A stretch of DNA of 63,722 nucleotides, filler included, from Vannella sp. (GCA_023345925.1; 5 parts of 5 records of this genome joined end to end with filler, not necessarily neighbours in it); one strand, 5' to 3'; shown: positions 11,901 to 24,955, counted from the first letter of the whole stretch. Translations and numbers: made by a program. The notes: generated from the letters alone by a model not told the origin.

Positions 11901-13561
11901 ACGAACCAAGCTTGCTCGCCTCCAAGATGAGGAGAAGGATCGCGCTCAACTGCTTGCTCAGCAAGAGAAGCAACTTGCTGAATACCAGCAGATGAATCAA
12001 TCATTGAACAACCACAAAGCACTCCTGGAAGAGAAGCTGCAGAAGGCTGTGACTGCCATTACTGCGGCACAACAGAAGCTCACTCAGCTTTCTGCAGAGG
12101 CTAAGAAACTAAAGCAAGAGAACCAAGAGAAGGAGGAACAGCTTGCACAATACGAAGCTCGGCTTGCTGATATGCAAGGCGCAGCTTCCCGCGCACTGAA
12201 AAAGAATGGAGGAGAAAAGGCGCAGCAGCTGACCGCTGTCTTTGAGCAGCAGCTGCAAGTCGTCCGCGACCAATCCCAGCAAAACAAGGAACGAGCTACC
12301 GCAGCTCATCGGGAATGCAAACAATTGGAAGCTCAAGTGGCCTCTTTAACCCAACAACTGGCACAAGCAGAGGAATCCAGCGGCCAAGGTACAGTGGAAG
12401 ATGCTCAATTCTTTGAAAGAGTGCAGTGCCTGCACCGCAACTTACTCTTTGCCCCTCGAGACTTCCAGGCTGATAGCCGTCGACCCTCTGTCGTTGTAGA
12501 GCTCGCTCAATACTATGCAAAGCATCAAGATGACTTGGATGTCATTTTAGAGCTGTTCCAAATGATCACTTTAATGGCCCGAAACGCTGGCAAAGATCAC
12601 CACAGTCTGGCATACTGGCTATCGGTTGCAATAGGTCTTTGTGCCGAGCTACAAGAAGAGGATGTCATTGAAGGGAAGATCAGCGAGGACGGTGTTCAAG
12701 CTCCTCTCACAGACCTTCAAGCAATGAGTGATGTGAAAGAACCCTCTCAACTTCCTAATGCAATGAGACTGTTCATCCATGAGATCTACATGCTCTTCAT
12801 TACTGTGATCTATGACGAACTCGATGCCCACTTGGAAGAGTCCTTTATCACGACAGCGGACTTGGTGATGGAAGATCGGGTCAAATTCTCTGACCCCAAC
12901 CGCTCCGTAGATGTGACCATCCGCATTCTCGAAGGCGCCTTGGAAGCCTTTGTTGCTAACAAGGCTCTGCCTTTGCTTATCCAACAAGCATTTGCTCAGT
13001 TTATCTACTACATTTCTGCCTCTTTGGTGAACCGTATCATCACAACAGCGTCCTACTGCCGCCCCCAATTGGGTCTGCAAATCAAAATGGGAGTCTCCCA
13101 TCTGAGCTCTTGGTTGAATCAGAAGGCAAAGGACCTTCCCATGGTTGGGACATCCTCGTAGGTCAACCCAATCTTTCTCTCTTCTCAAACTAACGCATTT
13201 CGGCAGGGTGCAACTGAAATATGCAATTGAGGTGTCCAATGTACTAACGCTGGCCACCAACGAAAGTGTATTCGAAGAACAGTATTTACCTGTCACGTTC
13301 CCTTCCCTGAATCTGGCCCAATTGCGAAAGATAATCGAGTTGTACAGTCCGGATAAGTTTTCCCCCGAGCCATTGCCCGCCACAGTCAAGCGCCTCATCA
13401 ATAACGCTTGTCAGCGCGAACCTGGACTCCGTGCAATGCCTCTCGAGTTGGAACCGACTTTACCCTTGGCAGAAGCCAAAGGAGAAGAGAATGTTGATGA
13501 AGAGGATGGCGAGTACGGAGAAGAGGAATACGGTGAAGATGACGACGAGTATTCCATGTAA
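8926..13561 (+). CDS. Large protein with three NT-C2 (EEIG1/EHBP1-type) domains, coiled coil and C-terminal Dilute (DIL) domain
   Basis: YLAWRRGAKKENTGETSR and FIKWSRGAKKENSGQTRS; LDLATYA/VDLAMYA/INLADHA; QQAFAQFIYYISASLVNRI..GLQIKMGVSHLSSW..FPSLNLAQLRKIIELYSPD; one intron near 13158-13206. Confidence 0.8.
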
Positions 13562-13658
13562 GCAAACAAGCCAGTCTCTCATAAATGGGCGTTTATGAAA
13601 CACGTATTATGAATATGGACATTTACTCGTTGCTCTTGGGAAGAGGAGCATTTGCGGA

Positions 13659-15776
13659 CTACTCCAAGTCACTTTGGCTGCTTTCTTCGTCTGAAAGTTC
13701 CGGCTCTTTCCTGCGAGCGACCTTCCGCCTCAGGCGGCGACCGATGGCAACGGTACCTGCCAATGCGAGGAGAGGGCTAGCCAAGAGAATGACTCCGCCA
13801 AGCAATATTCCTGCCATAATCTTTTGGGAAGTGGTGAGGGTTGTGTCCTCAAACCACTTGCCTTCACACTCTCCGAACTTGTAGTGATCCGGTACGATGC
13901 ACTCTTTCAAGCACAACCAACAGAAACTCCATTGGCAGCTTTGGCAAATCCTAACAGGTCGTCAGTTGACCAAACCCCCACTGGAAAGGGCTTCACTTAC
14001 ACTTGATTACAGCCTGTCGTTCGAACAATAAAGACTCCGCATTTGGGGCATTGCTTCGCGCCGTTGCTCTTCGCCCAATCCTCCCAATCCTTTTCGTTTT
14101 CGTCGTTTTCTTTCCTCCATTCCGCATACTCCTCACAAGTCTTTGGCCCATGAGACTACCCCAAGTCAGAGCGATGTCTCTACATCTCACTATTCCTACC
14201 ATTTGTTTGCAGGGGAAGCAAATGCCTTGGCCGCATTGAGTACAAGAGAGAGACTTGTCTGCTGGATCAGCAATCATTGCCGTATTACACCCCGGACGCG
14301 GACACCACCGGCAATTTGGATTGTTTTTCAACTCTCCCAGAACCAGTAATTGGTCATAGCGGTTGGCAGTACTCGCTGGAACCAAATTGGCAATCTGTTT
14401 TCCAAGTTACTGTGAGTGTCTTACGACCAACAGCGGGCCACTCACGTCCTCCGCCATATATGGTTCATCGCAACCCGTATTTGGGCAGCACATGCCCTGC
14501 ACGTCGCCATCCCCGATTCTGGAGTTGATGAATCCTCTTTGGCACTATCTCACTTGTTACATAGCTGGGGTAGGCAGTAGGCTTGCTTACGTATTTGCAG
14601 AAGCCATGGCCGCAGCGGAGAGTGTAAAAGTTCTTCGAACGGTGCGTTTCGAGGCAAATCGAGCACTCTTGTCCCTCGTCCCATTCTTCTAGTAGCTCAT
14701 CTGAGTCTGTGTCGTCGTCGTCCTCCACCTGAGAGAGTAAGCGATTGACTACAACCAAGTCTTCCAGCTCTGGCTTGTGCAAAGTGGAAGGGAAAGTCAC
14801 GCGCGACTCTTCGAGAAGTTTGCGGAGTTCCAGGTCCGATAATTGAGACGCAAGTTGGCGGGCCGAGTTGTCTTCTTCGTTAAGATGGTCTAAACCATAC
14901 TTCTGCTTGGTCTGAGTGTAGTGCTCTTGAATAGCGCTCATCCGTTGGGTAATCAGCACAAGGTTCTCGCCTCTCGCTGCATCTGCCGCCTCCAGAAGCT
15001 CTTCCAGGAGCCCCCGGATGTTCTTCTGTGTCTCTTCGAAGGAGAGAAAGAAGAGGTTCATTTGCTAGACGCAGCGTTCCAACCAGAGTGAGCTAACCGC
15101 TATCTGGAGGGGTCCTTCGAGCCTCTTACCTGCTCAATAGAAGCGATGTGCTTGCGCCCTTCTTCATTCTCAAGCATGGAAGGAAGAAGATCCAAGAAGC
15201 GCTCTATCTGCTGAAGCTCCAAGCTGATTCGCTCCACTTCCAGATGTAGAGTGCTGCGATCGTCCTCCTTCCAGTGTCTCTCAGCACAAAACTCCTCTTG
15301 TAAGTTGGTCCCCTTACCTCGAAGCCAGGACGGAAGGATCGCAGCTGTACAGCTGCTTCTGATCCCTTTCTTGTATGCCGCGAGGGAAGAGGAGAACCAG
15401 GCGTGTTCCTGCTTCTTCGCGATCCTCTCCTCATACGATCAGCGTCAGTCTGCTCGTGGTACGAAGCAGCAAAGCCATGGGACTGACTCCGCTGAGGAGA
15501 AAGAGCGAGAGAATCAAAGTTGGGACTTGGTAACCCCGAGAAGGAAGGCGAAGGCGAAGGTGATAAGAGATCATAGTCCACTAGAGACCGATCCACGCGA
15601 TACCGGGGTGACCTGGGGATCAAGCGCATCTCCTTCCCACTAGAGGGGATCACCATGGACGGGGAAGTTCCCACATTCGACGCCGAACGCTGCCGAGAGT
15701 TCGGAGATATGAACCTCTCGAATATGCCCCGCGATCTGTGAGGAGACTTGGACCCTTCAGGGATGGGGAACGACAT
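13659..15776 (-). CDS. RBR (RING-IBR-RING) E3 ubiquitin ligase with C-terminal transmembrane helix
   Basis: CSICLE..CGHGFCKYC; RWCPRPGC..CTQC..CFPC; CPKC..GCNQV; AGILLGGVILLASPLLALAG. The Ser/Pro-rich and helical N-terminal exons are less certain. Confidence 0.8.
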
Positions 15777-15987
15777 CCCGCCGTAGCGGCCAAGAGAGCA
15801 ATGTTTTATTACGCAATAATGGTCATCATCTTTGCTTTCCAAACTGCCACCCTTCAGTGGATGGACGCCCACATTGAATAAAAAACTAAATTTATAATAT
15901 GGAAAGGAAACTGTTTGCGAAATGAAAGGGAGTGTTGGAAGGGCTTTTGTTTCCTGGCGGCCGATTGGCTGAGCGAGAGGTTGCTGT

Positions 15988-16736
15988 ATGGCTTCGTTGT
16001 ATGCGGGTAGTTGCTTTCAGGGTGTGCAGCGCAGTAAGAGCCAGGACTATCAAGTACAGGTGGTTTTACATGTACGTTTGCTGCTTTCTTCATCGCCAGA
16101 GCTGCTCCTTTTGGTGAGCTACATGTGGGATCGTGGTTGTTGACTTGCTTTGTTTGTAGCATGTGGACTTGACCAATGCTACTATGAGCGGGTACTTGAC
16201 GATCGTGGGGCTTGCGGAAAAATACCGAAAGCTCACTACCTTCTTCGAGGCGGAGATCATCGGCCCTCAGCACTCCTTCCTCACTCGCAAGTGGGTACGT
16301 TATCCTCCCTTCTGCTCCAGAGGTGATCAGACACCTTCAACAAGAGCGGGAACTCACTCTCCTACAGGACGCAGACGAAAAGGTGGACTTGGAGCATTGG
16401 TCCCGCTTTGATCTGTTTTCTCCCTTCCGCTCGACCTTCAATGGGGACGACTTTGTTCCTGATTTTTCCAAGCATGACTGCCTCTTCATGAGGTGGAAGG
16501 AGCACTTCCTTGTCCCCGATCACAAAGTGCGTCAAGTTGTGGGAGCCAGCTATGAAGGATTCTACTACATCTGCTTCTGTAAGAGCAGTGGACGCATGGA
16601 AGGACTCTACTTTCATCGATCCTCTGAAAGGTAAGCTCTTTACACCCCTTACAGGAGGCTGATCGCCCGCAGGTTCCAAAAACTCGAGATGAGTCACGTC
16701 GCCTCCGACACTTTCCCTTCTTGTGCCTTCCGTTGA
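15988..16736 (+). CDS. GID4: GID4/Vid24 (GID/CTLH ligase substrate receptor)
   Basis: [69 protein letters not shown]. Confidence 0.92.
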
Positions 16737-16861
16737 CCCTCAGCACAGGCGTCAGGACACCACGCCTTGTATATAACCACTCTCCTATTTATCGTGCTCT
16801 TGTCCAGCACCTTCGGCCCCCATACACTCCTTCTGGCACTCTTTCGTCATTCTCTTGTTGG

Positions 16862-18779
16862 ATGGGCATCAAAGGCTTGCTGCCCCTCCTCAAGGAGGTG
16901 ACAGAAGACGTCCACCTAGCTGACTTTCGAGGCAAAAGGGCTGCAGTGGACGCCTACGTGTGGCTACACAAAGGCGCTTACACTTGCGCCGAGGAGCTTT
17001 GCATGAATCGGCCCACCACCAAGTAGGCGGCTCTAGGAGACTTGTCCAGGGGCAAGGATGGTCTAATGGATGCGTGCAAGGTACATTGAATACTGTATGG
17101 GCCGTGTGAAGCTCCTACAGGAGTTTGGCATCATCCCGGTGATTGTCTTCGACGGAGGGAACCTTCCCGCAAAGAAGCGCGAGGAAGGACGGCGGCATTG
17201 GTACGTTTCTTGACGAACTATGTTGTAGAGCTCTTGCTGATGGTCAATCAGCATTCGAAAGGAGTACAAGTCGAAGGGAGAGCGACTTGCAGCGATGGGA
17301 AACCATAGGGAGGCTCAGGAAGCCTTCCAGCGAGCAGTTGACATCTCACCTGCAGTCGCTCAAGGATTCATTCAAGTCAGTCTATCCCAATCACCCCTTA
17401 GCGACTCTAACAGGGCCGAAAAGCAACTCGAAATGGAAGGAATTGAGTATATTGTTGCTCCGTATGAGGCGGACGCGCAGCTGGCCTTCCTCTCTTCAAG
17501 GGGGATAGTCGATGTAGTCATCTCAGAAGACTCTGACCTGCTCCCGTACGGCTGCCACGTTGTCTTGTACAAGTTAGACCACCACGGCGCGGCACAACAA
17601 ATCCGATTGGAGCGGCTGCAGGAGTGCGAGAGGCCTCTTTCATTCGCCAAGTTCACGGTGCCTATGTTCCGTCAGATGTGCATCCTGTCAGGGTGTGACT
17701 ATCTTCCCTCAGCGAAGGGTTTGGGAATCCGCTCGGCGTACAATCTCGTTCTTAACTTGAGGGACTCGGCTTCGGTGCTTTCCCACATCATGGAGTCTCG
17801 TGCTTTCGACCTCCCGGCTGGTTATGAGGAGGGGTTTGAGCAAGCTGAATTGACATTCATGTACCAACGCGTTTGGGACCCGCTGACTCAGCAGATTGTA
17901 CATCTCAATCCCCTTCCGGTTCATTTGCAGATATCCGACCTCGACTTTCTTGGTCCTTCTATCGATAATGGATTGGGCTACCGTATAGCCAAGGGCCTTG
18001 CGAACCCGCATAACCACCAGGACTGGAAGGCACCAATGCCTTCTGCTCCCAAACGGTCTCAACCAAACAGAGATCAAGTTGGGATTCATTTCAGAGGTAC
18101 CGCAACAACAGGTGTCTTTGGGATGCCAAGAATGCTCGTACCGAAGCGGCTGGACTTGTATACAAGTGAGTGGATATGTACTGAACCCTGAATTTCCTTC
18201 CTTACTGTATTGGCAGTCACCCAGACGAGTCGAACCTCCCAACCCTTTGTGGCACCACGAAGGAATGAAGCTGCTTCAGCTCCTTTCGCAGCTCATCAAG
18301 AGGCACTTCCTGTTCCTTTACTTGAAGCGAGTACGCTTGAAATACGGGATGAGGGTGTACCCGACATTGTATTAGGTAAGGGCAAAGGACCTTCCCTTCC
18401 TTTCCTCCCCTTCCAAGATGAATTGACTTTGCTCTCGCTAGTTGCTCCGTCTCCTGAGGCGCCTTCACCGCCTCGTACGTTAAAGGGGAAGAGAATTAAT
18501 GAATCACCCGGTGGACGTGTGAAGAGGGTGCGGAGGTCTTTGCTCGAAGAGCTTGGAGTTGATAGTTCCGTTCTGTTGCCTTCTCCTTCTCCCAACATCA
18601 TTACAACCACTCCTGAGCCAGCAGGAAGTCCCTCACCACTCCCTCTGCTAACAGGCAATCGAGGAAACCTGACCAAAGTCCAGTTCGATCCCACTCCTGA
18701 GTCTGAAGATGTCCCTTCCTTTAATTCTGCTCTGGCCCGCTTCCAAGCGCGGCGAAAGTCCAAGAACTCTTCCAACTGA
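16862..18779 (+). CDS. EXO1: Exonuclease 1 (XPG/RAD2 family)
   Basis: MGIKGLLPLLK..AVDAYVWLHKGAYTCA..VFDGGNLPAK..VAPYEADAQLA..SEDSDLL..CILSGCDYL. Confidence 0.93.
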
Positions 18780-18817
18780 TGCATTCTCCCTATTCTTCCA
18801 TTCTCTCTCTTTCTTCC

Positions 18818-18868
18818 TCTCTCACTTCCAAGTCATTCTCTCTCACTCCCAAGTCATTCTCTCTCTCT
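18818..18868. repeat. 21-bp tandem repeat in the EXO1 3' flank
   Basis: CTCTCAC(T/C)CCAAGTCATTCTCT, about 2 copies. Confidence 0.7.
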
Positions 18869-19047
18869 GTCTCTTCAGCAAAAGCTCCTCGCTTCGCTGT
18901 TGGGACGGGAATTCGCCAATTACAGTGCTTGAAACAGTGCCGCGGCTGAAAAGCTGTCCACATGTCACTAGAGGACCGTCAGAGCTCCCCCAGTGGGTCT
19001 CGAAAAGCCATTTTTTGGGTCTCCCGAGAGGGAGGAAGCGGGAACGG

Positions 19048-20335
19048 ATGGAGGCTGGTGAGCCTCTGGATGGGTGGACTGAGGAGATGGGGAGCATGGA
19101 TGAGAAGAGTGCCTTTCTAATGGAAGGAGAGAGAGCCAAAGAGGAGATCGCGTGGTCGCACAGTTTTCTGTGTTCGTTTGGAGGCAACGCGGGGAAGGTT
19201 TACGTGTACCCTGATCGCTTTCGGTTCGCTACCTCTGAGGAAGAAGTTCCCTTGATCTGTTTGGAAGCTAGCTGGTCGGTGCTGGAGATGGTGGCGCATC
19301 CAGGCTCTGATACTTTGGTGCTTGAAGTCTCTCATGAGGTCCGCTGGCACTTTGAGGACATCGACGGCCAGTCTAACATCTGCTCTGTCATCGAAGGCTT
19401 CACTGGACATCACAGGAGATCGTTTCAAACGACGCTGAACCTTCCCGTCCTCAGTGAAGGTCAGATGCCTCCTCAAAACGATTCCCTCCGCTCCTAACGT
19501 GAGGATGCAGGTACAGCTGACAAGTCGCCTCTCATTAGAGAGCTTTTCTTGTTCGATACACACGAGGAGGCGGAGCTACCTCCAGCAGCGACCCAAATCA
19601 TGTCCGAAGAGTTCCCTTTGAGCCTCAAAATGTTCCTGGGGTTGATGTTTGGGGAGGAGTACCGCTTCTTTCAGAACCTACACTCTCGTAGAGACAGTCG
19701 TATTGAGTACGGACCGTGGGTTCTGGGAGAGAACGCGTTTCATCGGCAAGTGACATTCAACACCATCCAGGCTCCTTTGTCTGTTGAAGTCACTCAGAGC
19801 CAGAGACTATATCGCTCTGCAAAGTAAGCTCCTTGGCCACCCTAGCTCCCATTATCTCCTTTTACTAACCCAACGGCTGGTTCACTGGTGCAGTCGGTTC
19901 TGTTTGGACTTTGAGAACAACTTTAAAGGCTTCCCTGGTAGTGGCCGTTTGACAGTTCACATCTTCTGCCGACTAGTTGCTCCTGAGGCTATGGGGGAAG
20001 AAGAGAGTGGCATCTCTTTGGCAGAAATCTTCATGCATGTTGAAGTCGGGACTCTTTTCATTGGCAAAGGCCACGCCGTTCGAGAAGCGATGGAAGATGT
20101 GCACGAGTATTGTAGTCGCTTTAAGTATCAAGTGCAAGCTGCCATCTTAGCTGGCGTGGACGAAACAGGAATGGGAACTTTGCGGCGTTTGGAAGAGACC
20201 AAGCCGGAATTGGAAAGGCTGCAGGAATTCGCTTTGAAGAGTGCAACCAACCAAACACAGCTTGCCACTGCTAAGATAGCTCTCCTGGCCATCATCATCG
20301 TTCAGATAGTCACTCTTGTTCGAATCCTCTTCTAA
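19048..20335 (+). CDS. GRAM-like + VASt (StART-like) lipid-transfer protein with C-terminal TM anchor
   Basis: FLCSFGGNAGKVYVY (GRAM-like); EFPLSLKMFLGLMFG..YGPW..RQVTF..VTQSQRL (VASt-like); IALLAIIIVQIVTLV tail. Confidence 0.7.
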
Positions 20336-20423
20336 AGGTTGCTCGTTCTCCCTTCTAGAGGAGCTTATTCGCCCCTCTACCGTCGAATGTAGTCCTCTGC
20401 TGTCAATCTGGAGTGCGTAGGAG

Positions 20424-21174
20424 ATGGTGGGGACATGTTGGAGGAGTGAGAATGGTCATTTAATGGAGGGGAAGGTGCGGGAGGCAACGGAGCGGGCGGA
20501 TCTGTTCCTGTTCGGCGAGTTGCTACGAGAAGTGGAAGCAGAGGGTGGTGCTAGTTCAGATACCTTAGGTCTGATACGATTGTTTGCGTTTGGGACTCTC
20601 CAGGACCACCGAGAGCGTGAGCATGTGGAGATGGGAGCTTTCAGATGCAATTACTGAGACTGTGCAGGCTTCTCACACCTCACTCTGACCGATAAACAAC
20701 ACAAGAAGCTCTCTAAACTTACTGTAGCAACCCTTGCTGCTGCACACAAGGTGAGGAGGAAGGAGAGACAAATTCAGTCTGACAGGGCACCAGGTGATAC
20801 CATACAGCCTCCTTCAGGGCGCTCTAGCCATCAACAACATCCGCGAGTTAGAGAACCTTCTCATAGAATGCGTCTACGAGGGCGTCATCAAAGGCAAGCT
20901 AGACCAGGAGGGTAAAACCATCCTCGTCGAGTGGGCTCTGGCCAGGGACTTGCAAGAAGGAGAGATCAACGGGATGATAGACACCCTCATGCTCTGGGAG
21001 ACGCAGACCTCTTCCCTCCTCTCCACAGTCGAGCAGCAAAAGAACTTTGTCCGGGCAGAACACCAAGCCATCCTCTCCCTCACCGAACAGACCGAAAGGA
21101 CTCTCCAACGCGTCCAGCTCGAACTGCGCGACAGGAAGGCTCCCCAATCCTCAAAGCAAAAGGTTCCTCGCTGA
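20424..21174 (+). CDS. COPS7: COP9 signalosome subunit 7 (PCI domain); start codon uncertain (20424 or 20463)
   Basis: FLFGELL..LIRLFAFGT..KKLSKLTVATLA..IPYSLLQGALAINNIRELENLLIECVYEGVIKGKLDQ..ARD. Confidence 0.85.
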
Positions 21175-21217
21175 GCTAAACCCATTCGCAAGGGAGTGAG
21201 CGAGGAAGAGAGTCAGT

Positions 21218-21253
21218 GGGTTTAGGGTTTAGGGTTTAGGGTTTAGGGTTTAG
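21218..21253. repeat. Interstitial (TTTAGGG)n telomere-like tract, about 5 units
   Basis: GGG(TTTAGGG)4TTTAG between the convergent CSN7 and SPT5 3' ends. Confidence 0.9.
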
Positions 21254-21292
21254 AATCATGCGTTTATGATGCGCTGAGGGTGAAAGAGGGAG

Positions 21293-24200
21293 TTAAGCAA
21301 CGTATTTGCCAAGCAAGTTGATTCCAATCATCTGAATGCCGGAATCCAAAGAGACGACGGCCTCTTGGTTGTTGAGACTGGCGACGGTCCCGATGAGGTT
21401 CTTCCACTCTCCTGCAAGGACCTTCACGCGATCTTTCTTTTGTGGTAAAGTGGGTTCAAGGAACCGGGCCTGGACCATAACCACCTGGCCGGAGTAAAGG
21501 CGAACTTGCAGAGTGGAGCCCAATTCCATGACCACTCCCATCTTCCCTGCACCCCCGCCCATATAGTCCTCTGTGATGCGCACTTCGATGCCAGTTGCCA
21601 GAGAATCTTCAAATTAAGGTGAGACAAGACACTAGGAGAGACAGGAACGTACCAGAGCCGTAGGAATAGTCCGATTCGTAAGAGTCTCCAAAGCCACCGG
21701 GTGTTTGGGGATTCATTCCTGGAGTAATAGGAGTGCTTGGGTACGCCAAGTCAGTGGACATTGCTAAAGTACGAAGCACAGTAAGTCATCGCTCTTCGGG
21801 ATACTTTGTGTGAGCTTACAACTGTACGGAGAAGGTGTTTCAATAGAGAAGCCTGGAGTACTGGGGTAGGACGGACCAGGGGTACTGGGGTAGGACTGTC
21901 CAGGAGTGCTGGGATAGGAAACGCCTGGTGTACTGGGATAGGACATACTTGGTGTGCTCGGGTAAGCAGGTCCAGGTGTACTGGGATAAGATTGTCCGGG
22001 AGTTCCTGGATAGGACTGTCCCAAAGGTGTGCCGGGATAGGAGTGTCCAGGCGTACTGGGATAAGACTGTCCTGGTGTACTGGGATAGGAAGGCCCTGGA
22101 GTACTGGGATACGCGGAGCCCATAGGGGTGCTGGGATAGGAAGGTCCTGGAGTGCTGGGATAGGACTGCGCCGGAGTGGTATACCCAGGGGTACTGGGAT
22201 AAGACGATCCGGGTGTACTGGGATAGGAAACGCCGGGTGTACTGGGATAGGAAACGCCAGGTGTACTGGGATAGAGTGGCCCAGGTGTCGCAGGATAGGA
22301 ACCCTAAAGAATGAGAAGTGAGAATGGCGAGGCGAACAGAATGAGTGACTCACCGTATCGTTGGGGGTGCCAATCTGCCCATAAGGCGACGTTGTGTCGT
22401 AGGCACTGGGAGTGGCCACTGGGTTGAAGCTGGGCCCATCCCGGGAGAAATCCATGTTTGACCAAGAGGAGAATCCTGAATGAGGGGATTCGCTGTCGTC
22501 CCAGCTTTCACCTGGCGTGCGATCACCTCGCATTGGAGTGCGGTCACCCATCATCGGAGTGCGGTCACCCATCATGGGAGTGCGGTCACCCATCATTGGG
22601 GTGCGGTCACCCATCATGGGAGTGCGATCACCAAGCATAGGAGTGGCTCCCGTTCCCAGATGTCGGTAGCGATCAAAGTTGTTTTGCTCTGCAGCCTCAG
22701 CAATGTCCTCGCGCAGGATGGACACAATCTTGCTCTTGGAGATCAGTTCAACTCGTACATTCTTCTCTGTGCACTCGCGAACCAATGCCATGTAGCCCTT
22801 GTAAGCACCCTTGGTCACTTTGACCTTCTTTCCCAACAGAGGGTCATTACGGCCTCCTCGGCCACCGCCGATGCCTCGACCACGAGAGCTTCCTCGACCT
22901 CGTTGACCACGATCCGAGTCACCTCCAATGAAGGGAGAGTGAGGCGCAAAGTTGTTGCTTGTGGGGCGGGCAATTTGCATTCGGTCACGAGAAGAAACGA
23001 CAAAACTGCTTCGGACGACGAAGATGCCTCCCCACTCGATCATTCCAGGAGAGTGAACGAAGAGATGATGGCGAATGACATACTTGACAGTCCCCTCGCG
23101 TCCTTTGTGCGTTCCTTCGACGACAGTCACTTCGTCATTGGCGGTGATTTGGTTGTGGGTCCTGTCAAAAGAAGTGGCACTGAGCCGTTTGTCGTTGACT
23201 TCTGAAGGCGTGACTTTCTTGACCAAACCAGTTGTCTCCAAAATGCAGAATGAATCGGCATCCACCTTGACAATGACTCCAATCGCGTTCTGCCCGACCG
23301 AAACCAAGTCGTGTAACATGTACTTTCCTAGTTTGGTTCGTTGGGTTGCCCCTGCAGTAGAGACTTTAACGTCATCCATGCGCAGAGTAAAGCATTGTTC
23401 TGAAAGGTGCGAGAAGATTGTGACAACCTCGTTCTCCACACTTGTCACCAATCCTGCTTCTCCTTTGTGTCGCCCATCGACGACGAGAACGGAGTCTCCA
23501 TCTTTCACATACTTTCGAACAGACGCCAACGATTCGTGGAGGATCTCTTCCCAGCCTTGCAAATTGCTTCGGAGTGAAACTACGCCGTCCTTGACATCCA
23601 CCACAACTCCAGTGATATCTTTGAGGTTGCCATCAACAACCCTAATGGTGTCTCCCACTGTCACAGAGGACTGCTTGGAAGGCAGAGGGACCACACCATC
23701 CTCAGAGATGTGAATTTGGAAGTTCTTCAGCTCATCGATGGTGGGAGTAACGTTTGTGTCCAAATGAACGCTCTTGATTGGCTTGAAGAGGAATCCGTCC
23801 TTGTAAAGATCCTTCTTGTAGAGATCAAAAACCTCTCCCAACGTGCTATTTCGATAGTTTTTTTGAAGGTCCATCTCTCCGCCAGCAGATCTGAGAGCGC
23901 TGACTTCAATACTGATTGGCGACACGAGTGAACGGACTTACATGATATCAGCGCGGCTGTAGAACCGAGCAGCACAGCGTTGAGGGCGTTTTCGTTTGGT
24001 AACCGCCGTTGTATCAGAGATTGCCTCGTAATTGATGCGGGGAATGAGCTGGACCCACACTTTGGAGTCGTTTTCGTCCACACGGAACACCCGAGCCAGG
24101 TCCCCTTTGTAGATCCCTCGCTTAGGGCGGACCCAAGCCCCACGTTCTAGAGCAGTGGATGCTTTGGGTACTCTCAGCAGAGATTTTCTATCCATGATGG

Positions 24201-24914
24201 GGATAAGGGGCGTCTTGCGGCCAGTTGCTCCAGATTGGAAGCTGATGATGCCAGCTACAGCTTCGCGCACATCCTGGGATTCTGGAGCCTCAATGAAGAT
24301 GTGTCCTTTGGAGTGCTCGGCAAAGAAAGCACACATGATCTTAAGGGGTCTGCCAGCTTCCCTTCGCTCTTTGCAGCGTTTGAGGATTGCTAAAACAGTC
24401 TCCTGCTCCTTTCCAGGCTACTCCCTCGTTAGTGCCAAGTCAGATCCCTAACAGGATCGTAGTAAGACCAACCTTCGAGCACGAAAGCATCCAAATGTGG
24501 GGATCTCGGACGCTGGGCTCGCTTCGGCCCTCCGTGTACTCCTCAAAGTCGTCCACTGTTTCTTCTGCTCGTCTTTGGAAGCGCTTTGCAGCCTTAGCCA
24601 TGTCGTTTTCGTCCGCATCAGCAAAGGCGCCCGTTTGGCGGAGGCGATACGCGGGCTCCTTCGCACTGCTCTCTTCCCCTTCATTAGAGAGGATCTCCTG
24701 ATGGGAAACGATGAGATAAGAACATACCCCTGTAGCTGGCTTCGTCTTCTTCATCATCCTCTTCTACCTCGTCATCAAAGAAGAAGTTGCTCGTCTTTTG
24801 CTTCTTCTTGGTGGGCCTCTCCTCCTCATCATCCTCACTCAGTTGCTCATCATCATCCTCCTCCTCCTCCTCGGAAGCCACAACTTGATCATCATCGTCC
24901 TTATCAAAGTCCAT
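21293..24914 (-). CDS. SPT5: Transcription elongation factor SPT5 (acidic N-terminus, NGN, KOW domains, CTR repeats)
   Basis: FFDDEVEEDD, PSVRDPHIW, KGHIFIEA, WVRPKRGIYKGDLA, LIPRINY, KGAYKGY, GDRTP and YPSTPG repeats, final KOW. Confidence 0.95.
21850..22632 (-). repeat. SPT5 C-terminal repeats: 21-nt (GDRTPMM) and ~24-nt (YPSTPGxS) units
   Basis: GTGCGGTCACCCATCAT.. units at ~22517-22632; GTACTGGGATAG units at ~21850-22300. Confidence 0.9.
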
Positions 24915-24955
24915 CACTCAACCGCCTCCCTCCTTCGAGGCCAAATAAAAATGAC

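Noticed and set aside
21751..22350. IPVHL/IPVHQ repeats in the ORF-track SPT5 translation, suggesting a frameshift
   Set aside because: Explained by a canonical GT-AG intron; the real frame is YPSTPG.
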